DNA of 64,000 nt from Leucoraja ocellata (taxonomy: Eukaryota). The notes beneath the pieces are model-generated. The model ran no database searches and was not told the DNA's origin. It saw nothing but the letters and a program-made list of their open reading frames with translations. Location of the stretch: contig JAWMAR010000013.1 in assembly GCA_036785375.1 (NCBI GenBank), forward strand, positions 1,240,001 through 1,304,000. Reading direction: 5' to 3'. Shown one piece after another: positions 49,710 through 63,050 of this stretch (positions within the stretch are counted from its first letter, which is position 1; each line of letters opens with the position of its first letter). Both the position numbers and the translations under genes were made by a program.

Positions 49710-50450
49710 AGTCATAAAGTCATAGACTAATACAGTGTGAAAACAGGCCCTTCAGCCTAACTTGCCCACACTGGCCAACAATGTCCCAGCTACCCTAGTC
49801 CCACTTGCCTGCGCTTGGTCCATAACCCTCCAAACCTGTCCTATCCATGTACCTGTCTGACTGTTTCGTAAACGATGGGATAGTCCCAGCCTCAACTATG
49901 TCCTCTGGCAGCTTGTTCCATACACTCACCAACTTCTGTGTGAAAAAGTTACCCAGGGGCCACAGTTTAAGAATAAGGGGTAAGCCATTAGAACGGAGAC
50001 GAGGAACTTTTTTACACAGAAAGTTGTGAGTCTGTGGAATTCTCTGCCTCAGAGGGCGGTGGAGGCCAGTTCTCTGGATACTTTCAAGAGAGATCTAGAT
50101 AGGGCTCTTAAAGATAGTGGAGTCAGGGGATATGGGGAGAAGGCAGGAATGGGGTACTGATTGAGGATGATCAGCCATGATCACATTGAATGGCGGTGCT
50201 GGCTTGAGGGGCTGAATGGCCTACTCCTGCACCTATTGTCTATTGTCTCTGATTCCTATTAAATCTTTTCCCCTTCATCTTGAACCTATGTCCACTGGTC
50301 CTTGATTCCCCTACCTTGGGTAAAAGACTCTGTGCATCGACCCAATCTATTCCTCTCATGATTTTATATACCTCTATAAGATCTCCCCTCATGCTCCTAC
50401 ACTCTATGGAATAGAGACCCAGCCTACTCAACCTCTCCCCATAGCTCACA
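49710..50450 (-). mobile_element. CR1 3' end with a younger plus-strand CR1 3' end nested at about 49955-50247
   Basis: ERLSRLGLYS...RGDLIEVYKIMRG on minus; inner copy near-identical to 33100-33393. Confidence 0.85.
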
Positions 50451-51862
50451 CTTTGGATGGCATCATCACATTGAACCAATGCAAGAAGGATCCTAAAATC
50501 TAGAAAGAGTGGAGGATAGGTGTTGAGTTTTGGAATTTTCCAGGGTTAGAATGAGGTACCTAGAGATCCGGAGCAGGGATGCATTGCAGGATATGGAAAG
50601 CAAACAGAAGTAAATGTCTGAGATTCGTAGGTTATTGGTGGAGATGGGCTGGAGGTGAACACAATTGGAAGCAATTTTCTGGGTCCGTGCTCCCCAATGG
50701 GCATTTGATGGAGGATGCAAAATATCAACAATCAAATTATTATGGGATGTTTAGGTATTATTATCAAGGCCAGAATTTAGTTCTCTTGAGAATTGGTGGA
50801 TTGCTTCGAATGACCAGAGTCCCTGTGGTGAATTACTCCCACAGTGCTAATAGGAAGGGGGTTCCAGAAATTTAAACAAGTATGCTATGTTTTCTCTTGT
50901 GAAGATATTCGAAGGGAAAAATGCAGCTAGCGAGATTCCCAAATGTCTGCTGCACATTCCCATATGAATACCCACAAAGACATTCTCATATGACAGCATT
51001 GTGGTTGCAGTTATAGGAGACACTGTCAAGAAATCTCAGTAAGTTGCTGTTTGTGCACTTGTGGATGATGCACCAAGTAGCCATTGTGTACTGGTGGTTG
51101 TGGAGGGAATCAATATTTAAATGGAAGATGGGCGCCCATCAACCAGGCTATATTATCCTGTATTGTACCCAAATGTTTTGAGTGTTGGAATGGCACTCCT
51201 AAAATATTCCATGTCTTTCTCGATTTGTGCCTTATGGAAAATGTGTTACTAGCTACAAAGTACCCAATTTCTGAGATGATGTAGGCATGGTATTTAAAGG
51301 TTGGTCCAGTTAAGATATTGATGGTGGCGTGGGTAGCGGTGGGAGGAATGGGTGTTGGAGAGGTGAATTGTGTTAATAGTGCCTTTATGTTACATTATCT
51401 ACTGCCCTCAGATAAGTCTGGGGGCCATAACTCGGAAACTTACCATGTTAACATACATTACCAATCAGGCACAACAAATATGATTTGGGGAAATATTTGA
51501 CCAATATTTTTCTTGGAAGTTACATAACTTGTGGATAAAGGGGAATATATGGATGTAACGTGATAAAACTATCAAAGCCAAGGACGTTATAAAGGAAATA
51601 GATCGATGAGTAGGCAAAGATCTAGTGGATGGAGTTCAAAAGAAATTGTACATTTGTCAGGAAAGATAATAAAAAAGGATCATCTTATCTAAATGGTGAG
51701 GTATTTCAGAGCTCAAACAGAGATACAAACAGATCTGGATGTCCTAGCAATTCTCGAAAAGCTAGTACCGTATGTAGATAAAACAAATAATTAAGAAGGC
51801 TAAAATAACTATCTTATTGCAATAATAATTGAAAATATAGGGAAGGGAGGTTATGCTTCAGT

Positions 51863-52072
51863 TAGACAAAAATGCTGGAGAAACTCAGCGAGTGAGGCAG
51901 CATCTATGGAACGAAGGAATAGGAGACTTTTCGGGTTGTGATCCTTCTTCAGACTGACTTCTTCAGAAGGGTCTCGACCCAAAACATCACCTACTCCTTC
52001 GTTCCTGCTGAGTTTCTCCAGCATTTTTGTCTACCTTCGATTTTTCCAGCATCTGCAGTTCTTTCTTAAACA
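51863..52072. mobile_element. Penelope-derived fold-back insertion with 12-bp TSD inside a decayed plus-strand CR1
   Basis: ttatgcttcagt at 51851-51862 and 52073-52084; opposed hammerhead remnants around 51925-51990. Confidence 0.8.
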
Positions 52073-52329
52073 TTATGCTTCAGTGACATACGCAGGGCAA
52101 TGTTGACATCACATCTGGAACTGTGTATCGGTTTCCTTATTTAAGGATGGATGTTAATATATTGGATTTAATATATTGGAAGCTGTTTAGAGAGGTTTAC
52201 TGGTGCAACAGCTGGAATAGTTGGCCTATGTTATAAGGATAGATGGACAGGCTAAAATGATATGTGATGTAGTTTACAATAGTAAAAATGAACATAAAAG
52301 TTTTTTTCAATTTTTTACCCATTTAACAG

Positions 52330-54650
52330 AACGTAGAATAGTACAACACAAAATCAGGCCCTTCAGCCTACAATATCTGTGCCGAACATGATGCCAAGAC
52401 CAACACTTAACTGCTATAGCCATGCCCGTTCAAAAGTACCATTGTATCTGCTAATGTACCTTCTAAATGCCATCTGTATTATTGTATCTGCCTTAACCAC
52501 CATCCCCAGCAATATGTTCCAGGCTCTCATCACCCTCCGTGTAAAAGAAATTACCTGGTACATCTCCTTTAAACACTGTCTCACTCACCTAAAAGCAATG
52601 CCCTCTCGTATTTGATTTTTCCATATGGAAAAAAGCTTTTGACCATCTACCTTATCTATGCCTCTCATAATTTTAGACATTTCCATCAGAACTCCCTGCA
52701 ACCTCCGGCATTCCAGAGAAAGTCTGTCCAACCTCTCCATGTGGCTAATGCCTCCAAATCCAGGCATCATTCTGGGAAACCACCTTTGCACCCTTTCCAA
52801 AGCTTCTACATCCCTCCTGTAATGCATGCAATATTCCAAATACAGCCTGACCAATATCCTATAAATTCACATTATGACTTCCTGCCTCTTGCACTCAACA
52901 ACCAGTCCTATAAAAGCAAGCATACTATATGCCTTCTTTGCCATTGTAACTAGTTGTGTTGCCACTTTCTGTTATGGACTTGAACCCCATAGCCCATGGT
53001 ATATCCATGTTGTTAAGGATCATGTCATTAATTGTGTATTTTCCACTTATATCTGACCTTCCAGAGTGCATCACCTCATACCTGCTCGGATTAAACTGCC
53101 ATTTCTCCACCATTTTCTGTAGCTGATCCATATCTGCTGCATAGTTTGACAGCCTTCCCTATAATCCGCAACCCCAGCAGTCTTGGTGTCATCTGTTAAT
53201 TTATTAACCAACTCATTTACGTTTATGTCCGAGTCATTTTTAATATCTGTCAAACAGCAGAGATTATAGCACAGATCCCTGTGGAACTCCACTGGTCACA
53301 GACCTCCAGACTGAATATTGTCCTTCCACCATAACCTCTGTCTTCCAGCAGTAAACCAGGTCTGATCTAGTCACGGTTAATCCCATGCGTCTTAATCTTC
53401 AGGATCAATCCACCATTGGGGACTTTATCAAATACATGTAGACAACATCCACTGCCCTACCCTTATCAATCACTTTCGTAATCTCCTCAAAAAACAAGTT
53501 AGTAAGACACAACCTGCAGCATACAAAGCCATGCTGTCTATCACTAATTCTCTACAAATGGGCATAAACTCTATTGCGAAGAATCCTGTTCAATAGCTTC
53601 CATAACACTGACATGAGGCTCATTGCACTATAAATCCCTGGATTCTCCCTACTACCCTTCTTAAATAAAGGAACAACATTAGCTACTCTCCAGTCCTCTG
53701 GGACCCTTGCCTGTGGCTGGAGAAGACACAAAGATCAAGACTCCCACAATCTCCTCTCTTGCCTTTCTCCATAAAATGGGATAGATCCCATCAGGTCCTG
53801 GGGATTTATCCAACTTAATGCTCCCCAACACCTCCTGCTTAATCCCAAAGTGCCCACGCATATTAGCATTCCGATCTCACTGTCCACCATGTGCTTCTCC
53901 CTTGTGAAAAGTATTCAGTTAGTTCATCGCCCACATCACCAGACTCCAAGCACAAATACCCTCCTTTATCCTTGTCTTTCTTCTTCCTGGTTACTTTCTT
54001 GTTTTTAACTTAAGTTTAAAAAGTTTTGGGATTTTCATTAATCCGACTTGCCAAAGCCATTTCATGTTCTTGAATGGGGATAGGAAGCGAGTCCGGCCTA
54101 ACCATGGTCATTGGTCATTGGTCATCGGCAAGCCGCAGATGCTGACAATCTGAAATAAAACTGCTTGAGTTCATTCCTCCTTTCATTATATTCACCAAAG
54201 GCCCTGTTCGATTCCATCCTCTTAAATCTTGCATGCCCTTCCTTTTTCTTTTTGACCAAATGTACAATATTATTGGTCATCCAAGGTTTCTGTACTTTGC
54301 CATCTATATCCCTCCTCCTCACTGAATCACTGGACTTTGAAGAACTTCCACACTCAATAACAACTGCTCCCAGTCTACCCTCCCATGCTACCTAATAACA
54401 TTGTACTTCCCCTTATTTAGTGTCTTCTCGCAAGGTCCAGCCTTCTCCCTATTCAAAGTAATCTTAAATCTTATGGAGTTGTGATCACAGCCCACAAAAT
54501 ACTCTTCTACTGAAACACCAGTCACCTGGCCCGGTTCATTTCCTAACACAAGGTCAGTATTTCCTTCTTGTGTTGGGCTATCCACATACTGTTTCAAGAA
54601 ACCCTCTTGGGTACACCACACAAATTCTAACCCATCTAAGCCTTTGGCAC
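52330..54650 (-). mobile_element. CR1-like LINE, endonuclease C-terminus to 3' end, decayed
   Basis: FLKQYVDSPT...DLVLGNE...CDHNSIRF, KSPGPDGIYP, DDTK, VRLYLEYC. Confidence 0.9.
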
Positions 54651-54758
54651 AGTGTTTTGTCATGATTTTCAACAACATGGATCTTAAAGCTGAATACATA
54701 AGGCATTATATAAAATGGCTCAACTAGAAAATTGTTTTATGTTAAATTAACCACTGAC

Positions 54759-54839
54759 CTTTTGCCAGTGGTTGGATCAACCATTCTCATTGAAAGACGT
54801 TCTACGACAGCATCATCAGGAAGCTCCATAAAAAAGACC
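54759..54839 (-). CDS. AK8: Adenylate kinase 8 penultimate coding exon (VFFMELPDDAVVERLSMRMVDPTTGKR, LID start)
   Basis: tcatag|...|gtcagt, 81 nt, phase 2-2; ERLxxRxxDPxTG adenylate kinase motif; upstream exons not found in window. Confidence 0.93.
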
Positions 54840-55234
54840 CTATGAACAAGCAGCAAATCAGATGCAAAAATTAAGTGCTATGGCTTTATGCAAGGTTTAT
54901 GCTCAGAAAGAGATTTAAATTTATCATACCAAGCAATGGTCGGAACAAACCCAAAATGTATTGTAGTGTATAACAATTCCACTGAAATCTCTAATCATAA
55001 ATAGAGCAGTGGGTCCCTCATACGTCATCTCTGTGTCTACTGAAGTATGATATCCACTGAAAGCTTGAACCATGTTCTGAAATTTACATTTGCCAGTACA
55101 GCAACATCATTGCACGAGAGCTTTATATTAATAAAGTATATCTTCAAAATGTATAGAATGGTCTAAAGGTGAAACAAGTTGAAATACTGAATTCAGATGC
55201 CAATGTAGCAAATGTTAATAAAGGTCCATCATCC

Positions 55235-55337
55235 CAGGAACTCCAGGAGAGATCAGCACAGGGACGTCAAGGAGAGATTACCACAGGGACCTCCAGGAGA
55301 GATCACCACAGGGAGGTCCACAAGCTATCTCCACAGG
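55235..55337. repeat. Minisatellite, 25-bp unit, about 4 copies
   Basis: cagggacctccaggagagatcacca consensus. Confidence 0.85.
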
Positions 55338-58300
55338 ATTAAAAAATGATTATAAAGACACGCAACTTGCAGTATTCAAAGTCTGAAGAAGGGTCCTATC
55401 CCAAAACATCAGCTATCCATTTGCATCAGATGCTGTCTGAGCCGCTGACTTACTCACGCATCTTTCTTTGCATCTGCAATTCTTTTTTACATATTACCCA
55501 AAATATATAGAGTGCAATGAAGTAAGTACAACGCTACATTCTTGTTTGTACAATTACAATTTCTTTATCTAATTTACAGTACCTGCCGAAGACACGAGGT
55601 CCCCAAATTAAATTAAGTTAATTAAAATGTATTTTACAGGGGAAAAAATGCAAACCATAAAAGATGTATATCATTCTTTAATCTGGTCAGTCAATGGTGC
55701 ACAAAAAACCCTGTAAAAATATGTCATGACTTGTATATCATATCTGCTATTTTGGAAGAGGCTAAGCATCACACTCGGCAGTATTTTTCTGCTCCTTTGG
55801 TTGGTGTATCGAGCGATGCTCAGGTACCAGCTGTGCTGCTCTTGTCTCAGAGATGCAGTTGTGCAGCACAGTCCCGCAGGCTGCTTCTTGTTTAACTCAT
55901 AATTGATTGTGACAAATCAACCCCAGTTGTGAATAAAATCTCTCCAGAGGCATAAGAGACACTGTATTTGGCTGCCATTAACTGCTAAATTAGTGAGTAC
56001 TTCAAGCAAATTACAACATCAGATATAAAACTCATGAATCCAATTAAAAATAAAACTTAAAAAAAAACCCACAGGCAACCTGTTGAATCTAGCTGAAAAC
56101 CCCAACATATATTTTAGTGAATCACTGCTCAAAATAGATTATGTATTTAGCCATTCATTATAAATTAATTTAGAGAAAAAACATCAAGAGCACCCCAATA
56201 TGTTGAAACTTCCCTGGAAGCTGGCAATCTCACATTCAACTGTGTAAATGTTCTAAAAGGTCTTGAATATTTTATGAATATTTGTCATAAAACAGAAATA
56301 ATAACTACTGAGCAAAGCTATTAGTATTAATATTTATGCTGCTGGTGCTGAAATATTCATGGAACAGAGAAAGGGTTGTAAGATGAGAATTAATTTACAT
56401 TGTGCTCTGTTTACCAACCAGCCTGATGTTTAGGCATTTGGCAAGCGCTGATATGAATCTGTCACTCAATTTCAGTGTCAGAGAGGAAGGCGGCTGTCAG
56501 TTTGAAGATTAGGTTTCTGACAACTGAAATCCTGAAAGGTTTCCTCCTCCCTTTATTTTATATTTTATTTGTCCACTTTTTATTTTGCCTTGGGCAATGT
56601 ATGCCACCCGTTCACCCGATCACCCTTCCATCTGCTTAAATTAACGAATTAATGAGAGATACATTCTACACCGGCCCAAAATGTTTATTGGTGATTAAAT
56701 TATAATGGGAGCTGCATAATTCATGAACCAATTAGTGGAAGTGTTAGCTGATTTGATGGGATGAGGAGGTACAAACTACATTAACTAATAGAGAGCTTGG
56801 GGCTGCTGCTGCCTACCACTCGGATTACGTGCCTAATTGCTTTACTTTATCTGCCTGTCACAGATAGCCATGCATATTTCATCATTCTCAAAGACTTCAA
56901 TTGTTTACTTTCTTGTTGATCCTGTAACATGTAGAAGCTAAGCCAAGCTTTTGTGTAGTTAAAACCATCCGGAATTGAATCAGTTTTTGGCTGTGTGCGT
57001 AGAAGGCTGAAAGAGTAGCCCACTTATCTCTTTAGATCTACTTTGGAGCTCATTTTTCTTTAATTTCTTCTTCCATCGTGCTTACTGAGCTCCTCTTTCA
57101 GCTCGGAATGCATGGCAGTCTCCTCCAATCTTAGTTGCTTTTGTATGGTCCACAAGTGGAGATCGTAAGCAGAAAATAAAACCTGTCCTCTTTGTATCCA
57201 GTGACAACATCAGTCATTTCCAGGCCTGATATCCCAGTGGAAAGCACTGGAACCCCAGGAAATGTGAGTTAGCTCTCAACGGAGAAAATGAAGGAGAGCC
57301 TTCAACTGCACAATTCCATTGCACTCGCAAGCTACCCGCACAGTCTCTTTGACTGAGATTGCCCAATTAGAACTCAAATGTGGACAGTTTTACGTTGTAG
57401 ACCTGCTGCTTCTGAGAACTGATTGCATGTCAGAATGAATTTCAGTAAGGACCCTTAATGCTTATCAGAGGGAGAAGATACTTTCATCCCATCTGTCTGG
57501 GCTGACCCACAACTCCTTCCTCCACTGACATGTGGCACATTTGCTGTGGGGGGAAATTATTTAATGCCATTTTTCTTCTGTGATGAGATATTCCCCTTAG
57601 GATTCTGGCTGAGAGCTGACAAGTTCTACCACGCACGTGGATGAACAATTCATGCATCAGCCACAGAAATTATTATGAATCTCTGACAACAGCCATATAA
57701 AATGAATATCACAACTGCTCTGATACTGGGCTGTTCCATCACTTCAAAATTTACATAACCAATTTTAGCTGGAAGGTGTCACCAGACTTGGCTTTCACAT
57801 TGTCAAGGTGTACGCCATGCAGTCTTTTATTATCCTCTACAATAGCTCAATGTTGTTATCAAAATTATTCTGTACAACACATCTTTACCGTTTAACCTGT
57901 AGTATTTATTGAAATACTCTTCTTTTGGCATGTCCATTCACCAAAAGTAAAACTGATCTTTGTTCGGGTATTTAAATGTTGTATCTATCTCTTTGCCCCT
58001 GTTATATAGTATTTTCACTGTTGGATCAATCTTCAGTTATTTTAACACTGAAAATAATAGTTAGCAAAGATGAAGATGGAGAGAGATAGAGAAACAGCAA
58101 ATAGGTAAGTGAGTGAGAAAGGGCAGTAGGTACGGAGAAAGCGATAGAAGTGAAGAGGTTTGCCTCCATTCAAGATACTTTTAAAGAAACAATTCCACTT
58201 AAGTCAATTTTATGGAGGCAAAACAACCTTAATCACTGAACCCCAGAGATTTGGGCTATAAAGTAAATGTATATATTTAAAAATCTTTCAAGTGTGGAAT

Positions 58301-58699
58301 ATTTTATACAGCAGAGAATCGTACAGCATGGAACTAGGCCCGTCAGTCGCACATTTTACAAAAGAGTTAGCTCTGTTTGCTCAAACAAAATCAATTTGTC
58401 ATGAGCCATCTAACAATTATTTTGCTTATCAGATAAACATTAATCATTCAGATGCTCTAAAGAGGCATGTGTGGATTAGTTTATTGTAGACATATCTTGA
58501 AAGTACGGGTTAGAAAGAGAGAAATTTTGAATTTGTAGCAGGAATAAATATAATTTTGTTGATAGTCTTAGTCAATGTGGGAGTCAATTGTGGTCTTCAT
58601 TGTCTGATGATCCTCATCTGAAGGATATTTTGGCAAATTGTGATGAAAAGACAATTGTATCTAGAATGGCGCATCTTAATCCCATTTAGAGATACTTAA

Positions 58700-58825
58700 T
58701 AATGTGTAGGAATGAACTGCAGATGCTGGTTTAAACCAAAGATGGACACAAAAACCTGGAGTAACTCAGCAGCATCTCTGGAGAGAAGGAATGGGCAACA
58801 TTTCAGGTCAAGACCCTTCTTCTGA
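58700..58825 (-). mobile_element. Penelope pLTR fragment with decayed hammerhead
   Basis: gaactgcagatgctgg...caacatttcaggtcaagacccttcttctga. Confidence 0.7.
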
Positions 58826-59764
58826 TGGCACATGCACATCCTTAATATTATCAGGAAAACGTGCATCTGTAATCTATTAAAAACATTTACATGAATATTT
58901 CAGGAAACGTGGGAACCCCCTGCACTCTTGTGCAGACACATTCTTATCAATTGCTATCAATTCCATTTTGTATCCAAACCTGGGTTCACAATCAACTGCA
59001 AAGTAACAAAGCTTCCCACAGAGAATGCAGTCTCTGAGGCAGGTTTTTCCTCTTCAGTTGCTGTCGGTCACCAGTTCCCCATTATTTCTGGTTCCCAGCA
59101 ACACTGATAGCACTGAACAGCCAATCACATAATTGAATTCTCCACAGACAGCAAATCAGAAAATAAAAAGCACTACATTTAAAGTCATATTTAAAATATT
59201 TGACACTGCATGAAAGAAAATTACATCATACCTGGTATTGGGAAGCTAAAAAAACAAGCTTAATATATAATTTTAATATCATATTATTTTGAAGTGTTTA
59301 CCTGAAGGAAATACAATCTATCCTAAAAATTAATTCATAAGGCCAGAGAGTTTGATAAGCAGTAATAATGGCTCAGTATATTATTAAAAAGTAATCTAAA
59401 CCGCATGCAACAAAGCATTGGAATTTTGGAATATTTTACAGCAGGAATAGTTAATAAATACTTTAAATTATGAACTAAGCAAATTACTTAAGATTAACGT
59501 GGCGAGGGCTGCAAAACAGCACTATTTTTAAGCCGCAGGCAGTGACTGATAGCAACTTCTGGATATCACTGCCACACACATTCTACAAACTGCAGTCCAT
59601 TTTATAGTAATGAGATAGTATAGCTGCCTGTTTTGCCATCATTATGTGAATGCTAGTTGGTGCTGTGAAAGTTAATGTTATGGTGAAGTTGTTGAAATAA
59701 GCATTGTCTGTTAATCCATATATCCTGTACTGCAGCATAGGAGTGCACTCAGCTTCATAGTTCC

Positions 59765-60466
59765 CACTAACTATGTTCGATTCTGACCTCCAATGTTGTC
59801 TGCGTGGAGTTTGCACATTCTCCCTCCAACCACGTGGTTTCCTTACATGTCCCAAAGATGTGTGGGTTGGTAGGTTAATTGGTCCTGGTCTATAGGTGAG
59901 TGTTAAAATGTGGAGATGATGGTAATGTGGGGAGAATAAAATGAGATTGGCATAGAATGTGTATAAATGGGTACTTGATGGTTGGTGTGGACTTGGTGGC
60001 TGCTGGTTCTGTTTCTGCACTGCATGAATCTAATATATAATATCCTGAAATCTATGTGGTCACAGAGAGACAGCACACAGACAGCAGAAATCAAGATTGA
60101 ACCATGAGGCAGCAGCTCTAATGACTGTACCATTGTGCCACCCAGACTAAGTCCTGACAATATCAGCCATATTCGGGCAGCATGGTGCACAGAGGTAGAG
60201 TTGCTGCTTTACTACACCAGAGATCCGGGTTCCATACTGATTACGGATGCTGTCTGTACGGAGTTTGTACATTCTACCCATGACTAAGTGAGTTTTCCCC
60301 AGGTTCTCCGGTTTCCTGCCACATTCCAAAGACATTCAGATTTGTTGGTTGCTAGGATTTGGTAAAATTGTAAATTGTGCAATGTGTAGGATAGTGCTAG
60401 TGTATGGGGATTGCTGGTCGGCACACACTCGGTGGGCCTGTTTCCGTGCTGTTTCTCTAAACTAAA
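59765..60466. mobile_element. Cluster of three HE1-like V-SINEs (+ 59765-60030, - 60045-60143, + 60175-60466)
   Basis: Similarity to 37771-38090. Confidence 0.75.
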
Positions 60467-60937
60467 TTTGGTGGATATTGGCCATCGTCTCTATAATTGA
60501 TATTTTTCATTTTAATAAATGTACTCATTCTGTCTCATTACAGATAGAAATTCTGTAAATTGACATGGAGATTTAGTTTTGCAAATATCTTCCAATTTTT
60601 ATAAATATATTTCACACACTGTCAGATGTTGAAATTTCTCAATTGAAAAATACCCAAATCAAAGTAGTGTATGCACATGCATCAACAGCACCAGACCTGG
60701 TGATTAATACATTTACTGAAGATTGTTTAAACAGCACTGTTGTCAAGAAAACCATGTACTATCAAAGTACAATCTTGTTTCTGTCAATTAATGTTTACAA
60801 TCACATTTCTGCTTGTCAAACAAGCGTGAACTGGACATAGCAATTATCGTGCATGTCCTTAACCTAGTCACTGTGATCATCTTTAAGGGCAATAATCAAC
60901 TCCTGCCTTTTTACAATATTAACATTAAAAGGACTAA

Positions 60938-61018
60938 CATTTAAATGGGCCCTTTCATAATTTCAGGACATTCCATGGTATTTCGCAACCAATTACTTTA
61001 GAAGCATCGTCACTGTTT
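60938..61018 (-). mobile_element. Possible DeuSINE (SacSINE1/AmnSINE1-like) 3' remnant
   Basis: Minus strand acagtgac...cttctaaagtaattggttgcgaaa...tgtcctga...tgaaagg...taaatg resembles the recalled consensus 3' end. Confidence 0.45.
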
Positions 61019-61294
61019 ACACTTATTTAACTAAAGGACAGGTGCTTTTCTTTTTTTTTTAGTCACTGAATGTCCTTTGCAATATTCTGCATGACGGTAT
61101 TCACATAGCAGTCGGAGAATTGGATGTCGATTTTTATCGCTTGCTGGAAAGTAATTATCGGTACTGAATTATTTAGAATTATGGAACTCCCTGTTAAAGA
61201 GATCAAATTCATTTTATGGTATGAATTATTTTTATACACAACCAATATTGAGTGATTATTTCCACACTGATAAGAGGCTGAGGACTTCTCCCAT

Positions 61295-61598
61295 CAGGCA
61301 AAAGGGACAGAAGTGTGAAAGCACACACCACCAGATTCTTCCCAGCTGCTATGAGGCAACTGAATCATCCTACCACAACCAGAGAGCAATGCCGAACTAC
61401 AATCTACTTCCAAGATGTCCCTCGAACTACCCTTGACCGGACTTTGCTGGCTTTACCTTGCACCAAATGTTATTCCCTTATCATGTATCTATACAATGTA
61501 AATGGATTGTATTCATGTATTGTCTTTCTGCTGACTGGTTAGCACGCAACAAAAAGCTTTTCACTGTACCTTGGTACACGTGATAATAAACTGAACTG
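61295..61598 (+). mobile_element. Rex1/Babar-like LINE 3' end
   Basis: KAHTTRFFPAAMRQLN; aaaagcttttcactgtacc...aataaactgaactga tail. Confidence 0.75.
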
Positions 61599-61599
61599 A

Positions 61600-62545
61600 G
61601 GAAAGGAATGGGTGACATTTCGGGTCAAGACCCTTCCTCAGACTGATATCAGGGGAGTGGACGGTACAGAAATAAAATGTAGTCGGAGACAATAAGACTG
61701 GTGGGAAAACTGGGAAGGGGGGGGGGGATGGAGAGAGGGAAAGCAAGGGCTACTTGAAGTTATAGTGTTCAATGTTCATACCGCTGTGGTGTAAGCTACC
61801 CAACCGAAATGCGAGGTGCTGTTCCTCCAATTTGCGCTGGGCCTGACAATGGAGGAGGCCCAGAACAGAAAGGTCAGATTGTGAATGGGAGGGGGAGTTA
61901 AAGTGCTGAGCAATCGGGAGGTCAGGTAGGTTTAGGCGGACTGAGCGGAGGTGTTCAGTGAAACGATTGCCAAGCCTGCGCTTGGTCTCACCAAAACACA
62001 GGAGTTGACACCTGGAACAGCGTAGATGAGGTTGGAGGAGGTGCAAGTGAACCTCTGCCTCGGAAAAGATGGTCGGGGTCCTTGGACGGAGTCAAGGGGG
62101 GGAAGGTAAAAGGACAGGTGTTGCATGGGGAAAGTAGCTAGGGAGGGGGTGGTTTGGGTGGGAAGGGACGAGTTGACCAGGGAGTTGTGGAGGGAACGGT
62201 CTCTGTGGAAAACAGAAAGGGGTGGAGATGGGAAGATGTGGCCAATAGTAGGATCCCGTTGGAAGTGGCAAAAATGTCGGAGGATTTTATGCGACGGCTA
62301 ATTGGGTGGAAGGTGAGGCCAAGGAGGGCTCTGTCCTTGTTATGAATGGGGGGAGGGGAAGCAAGAGCAGAGCTGCGGGATATCGAGGAGACCCTAGTGA
62401 GAGCCTCATCTATAATGGAAGAGGGGAACCCCCGTTCCCTAAAGAATGAAGATATCTCCGATGACCTGTTATGGAAAACCTCATCCTGGGCGCAGATGCG
62501 GAGGAATTGGGAGTAGGGGATATAGTCTTTACAGGAAGCAGGATG
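61600..62545 (-). mobile_element. Penelope-like retroelement fragment with GIY-YIG endonuclease and hammerhead
   Basis: ORF 61750-62046 CSRCQLLCFGETKRRLGNRFTEH...HFNS...KLEEQHLAFRLGSL, frameshifted upstream. Confidence 0.9.
61614..61641 (-). ncRNA. Minimal hammerhead ribozyme motif at Penelope 3' end
   Basis: Minus strand CTGAGGA-A-GGGT(CTTG)ACCC-GAAATGTC. Confidence 0.6.
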
Positions 62546-62869
62546 GGAAGGAATGACAGCGTGATTCAGGTAGACAGTTCACCAATGTCTTCACAAGGGC
62601 CGTTTAGGATGCATCATAATTGCTGGCCCTGCCAGGTATGCTCAGATGCTGAAAACGATGAAATAAAATGTCCTCAAATAAGATAAAAGAAACAAAGTGT
62701 TGCTTAAATTTCCCCCGCTACCACTTCCAGTGATTCATGGTGAGGAATATCTTGCAGGGCCCATTGCACATTTCTGGCAGAATCTGCCTGATTTGCCTTC
62801 TCTGTAAATTAATGAAAAATAAATTCTGCAAAGATAAAATTGAAGACCTCCCCTTTTCCATCTAGAAAC

Positions 62870-63050
62870 AATTCATATACTTATTACACATTTTGGAATA
62901 TGGGAAGACACCAGGGCACTTGGAAGAAATCAATGTGGTCTCAGGATAATGTGCAAATTCCACACAGATATGGATGGCCCAAGGTCAGGACTGAATCCAT
63001 GGATCTCCTTCATTGAGGCAGTGTCTCTCAAGTTATGTTACTGCACTGCC
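62870..63050 (-). mobile_element. Degenerate HE1-like V-SINE
   Basis: ttttggaatatgggaagacaccagggcac...gtgcaaattccacacaga. Confidence 0.6.

Noticed and set aside
55235-55337. CRISPR-like periodic repeat
   Set aside because: Head-to-tail units without unique spacers, in a vertebrate intron
57030-57190. Short protein-like frame on minus strand (YDLHLWTIQKQLRLEE...)
   Set aside because: Ends in a stop, lacks convincing splice sites and does not resemble the expected upstream AK8 exon
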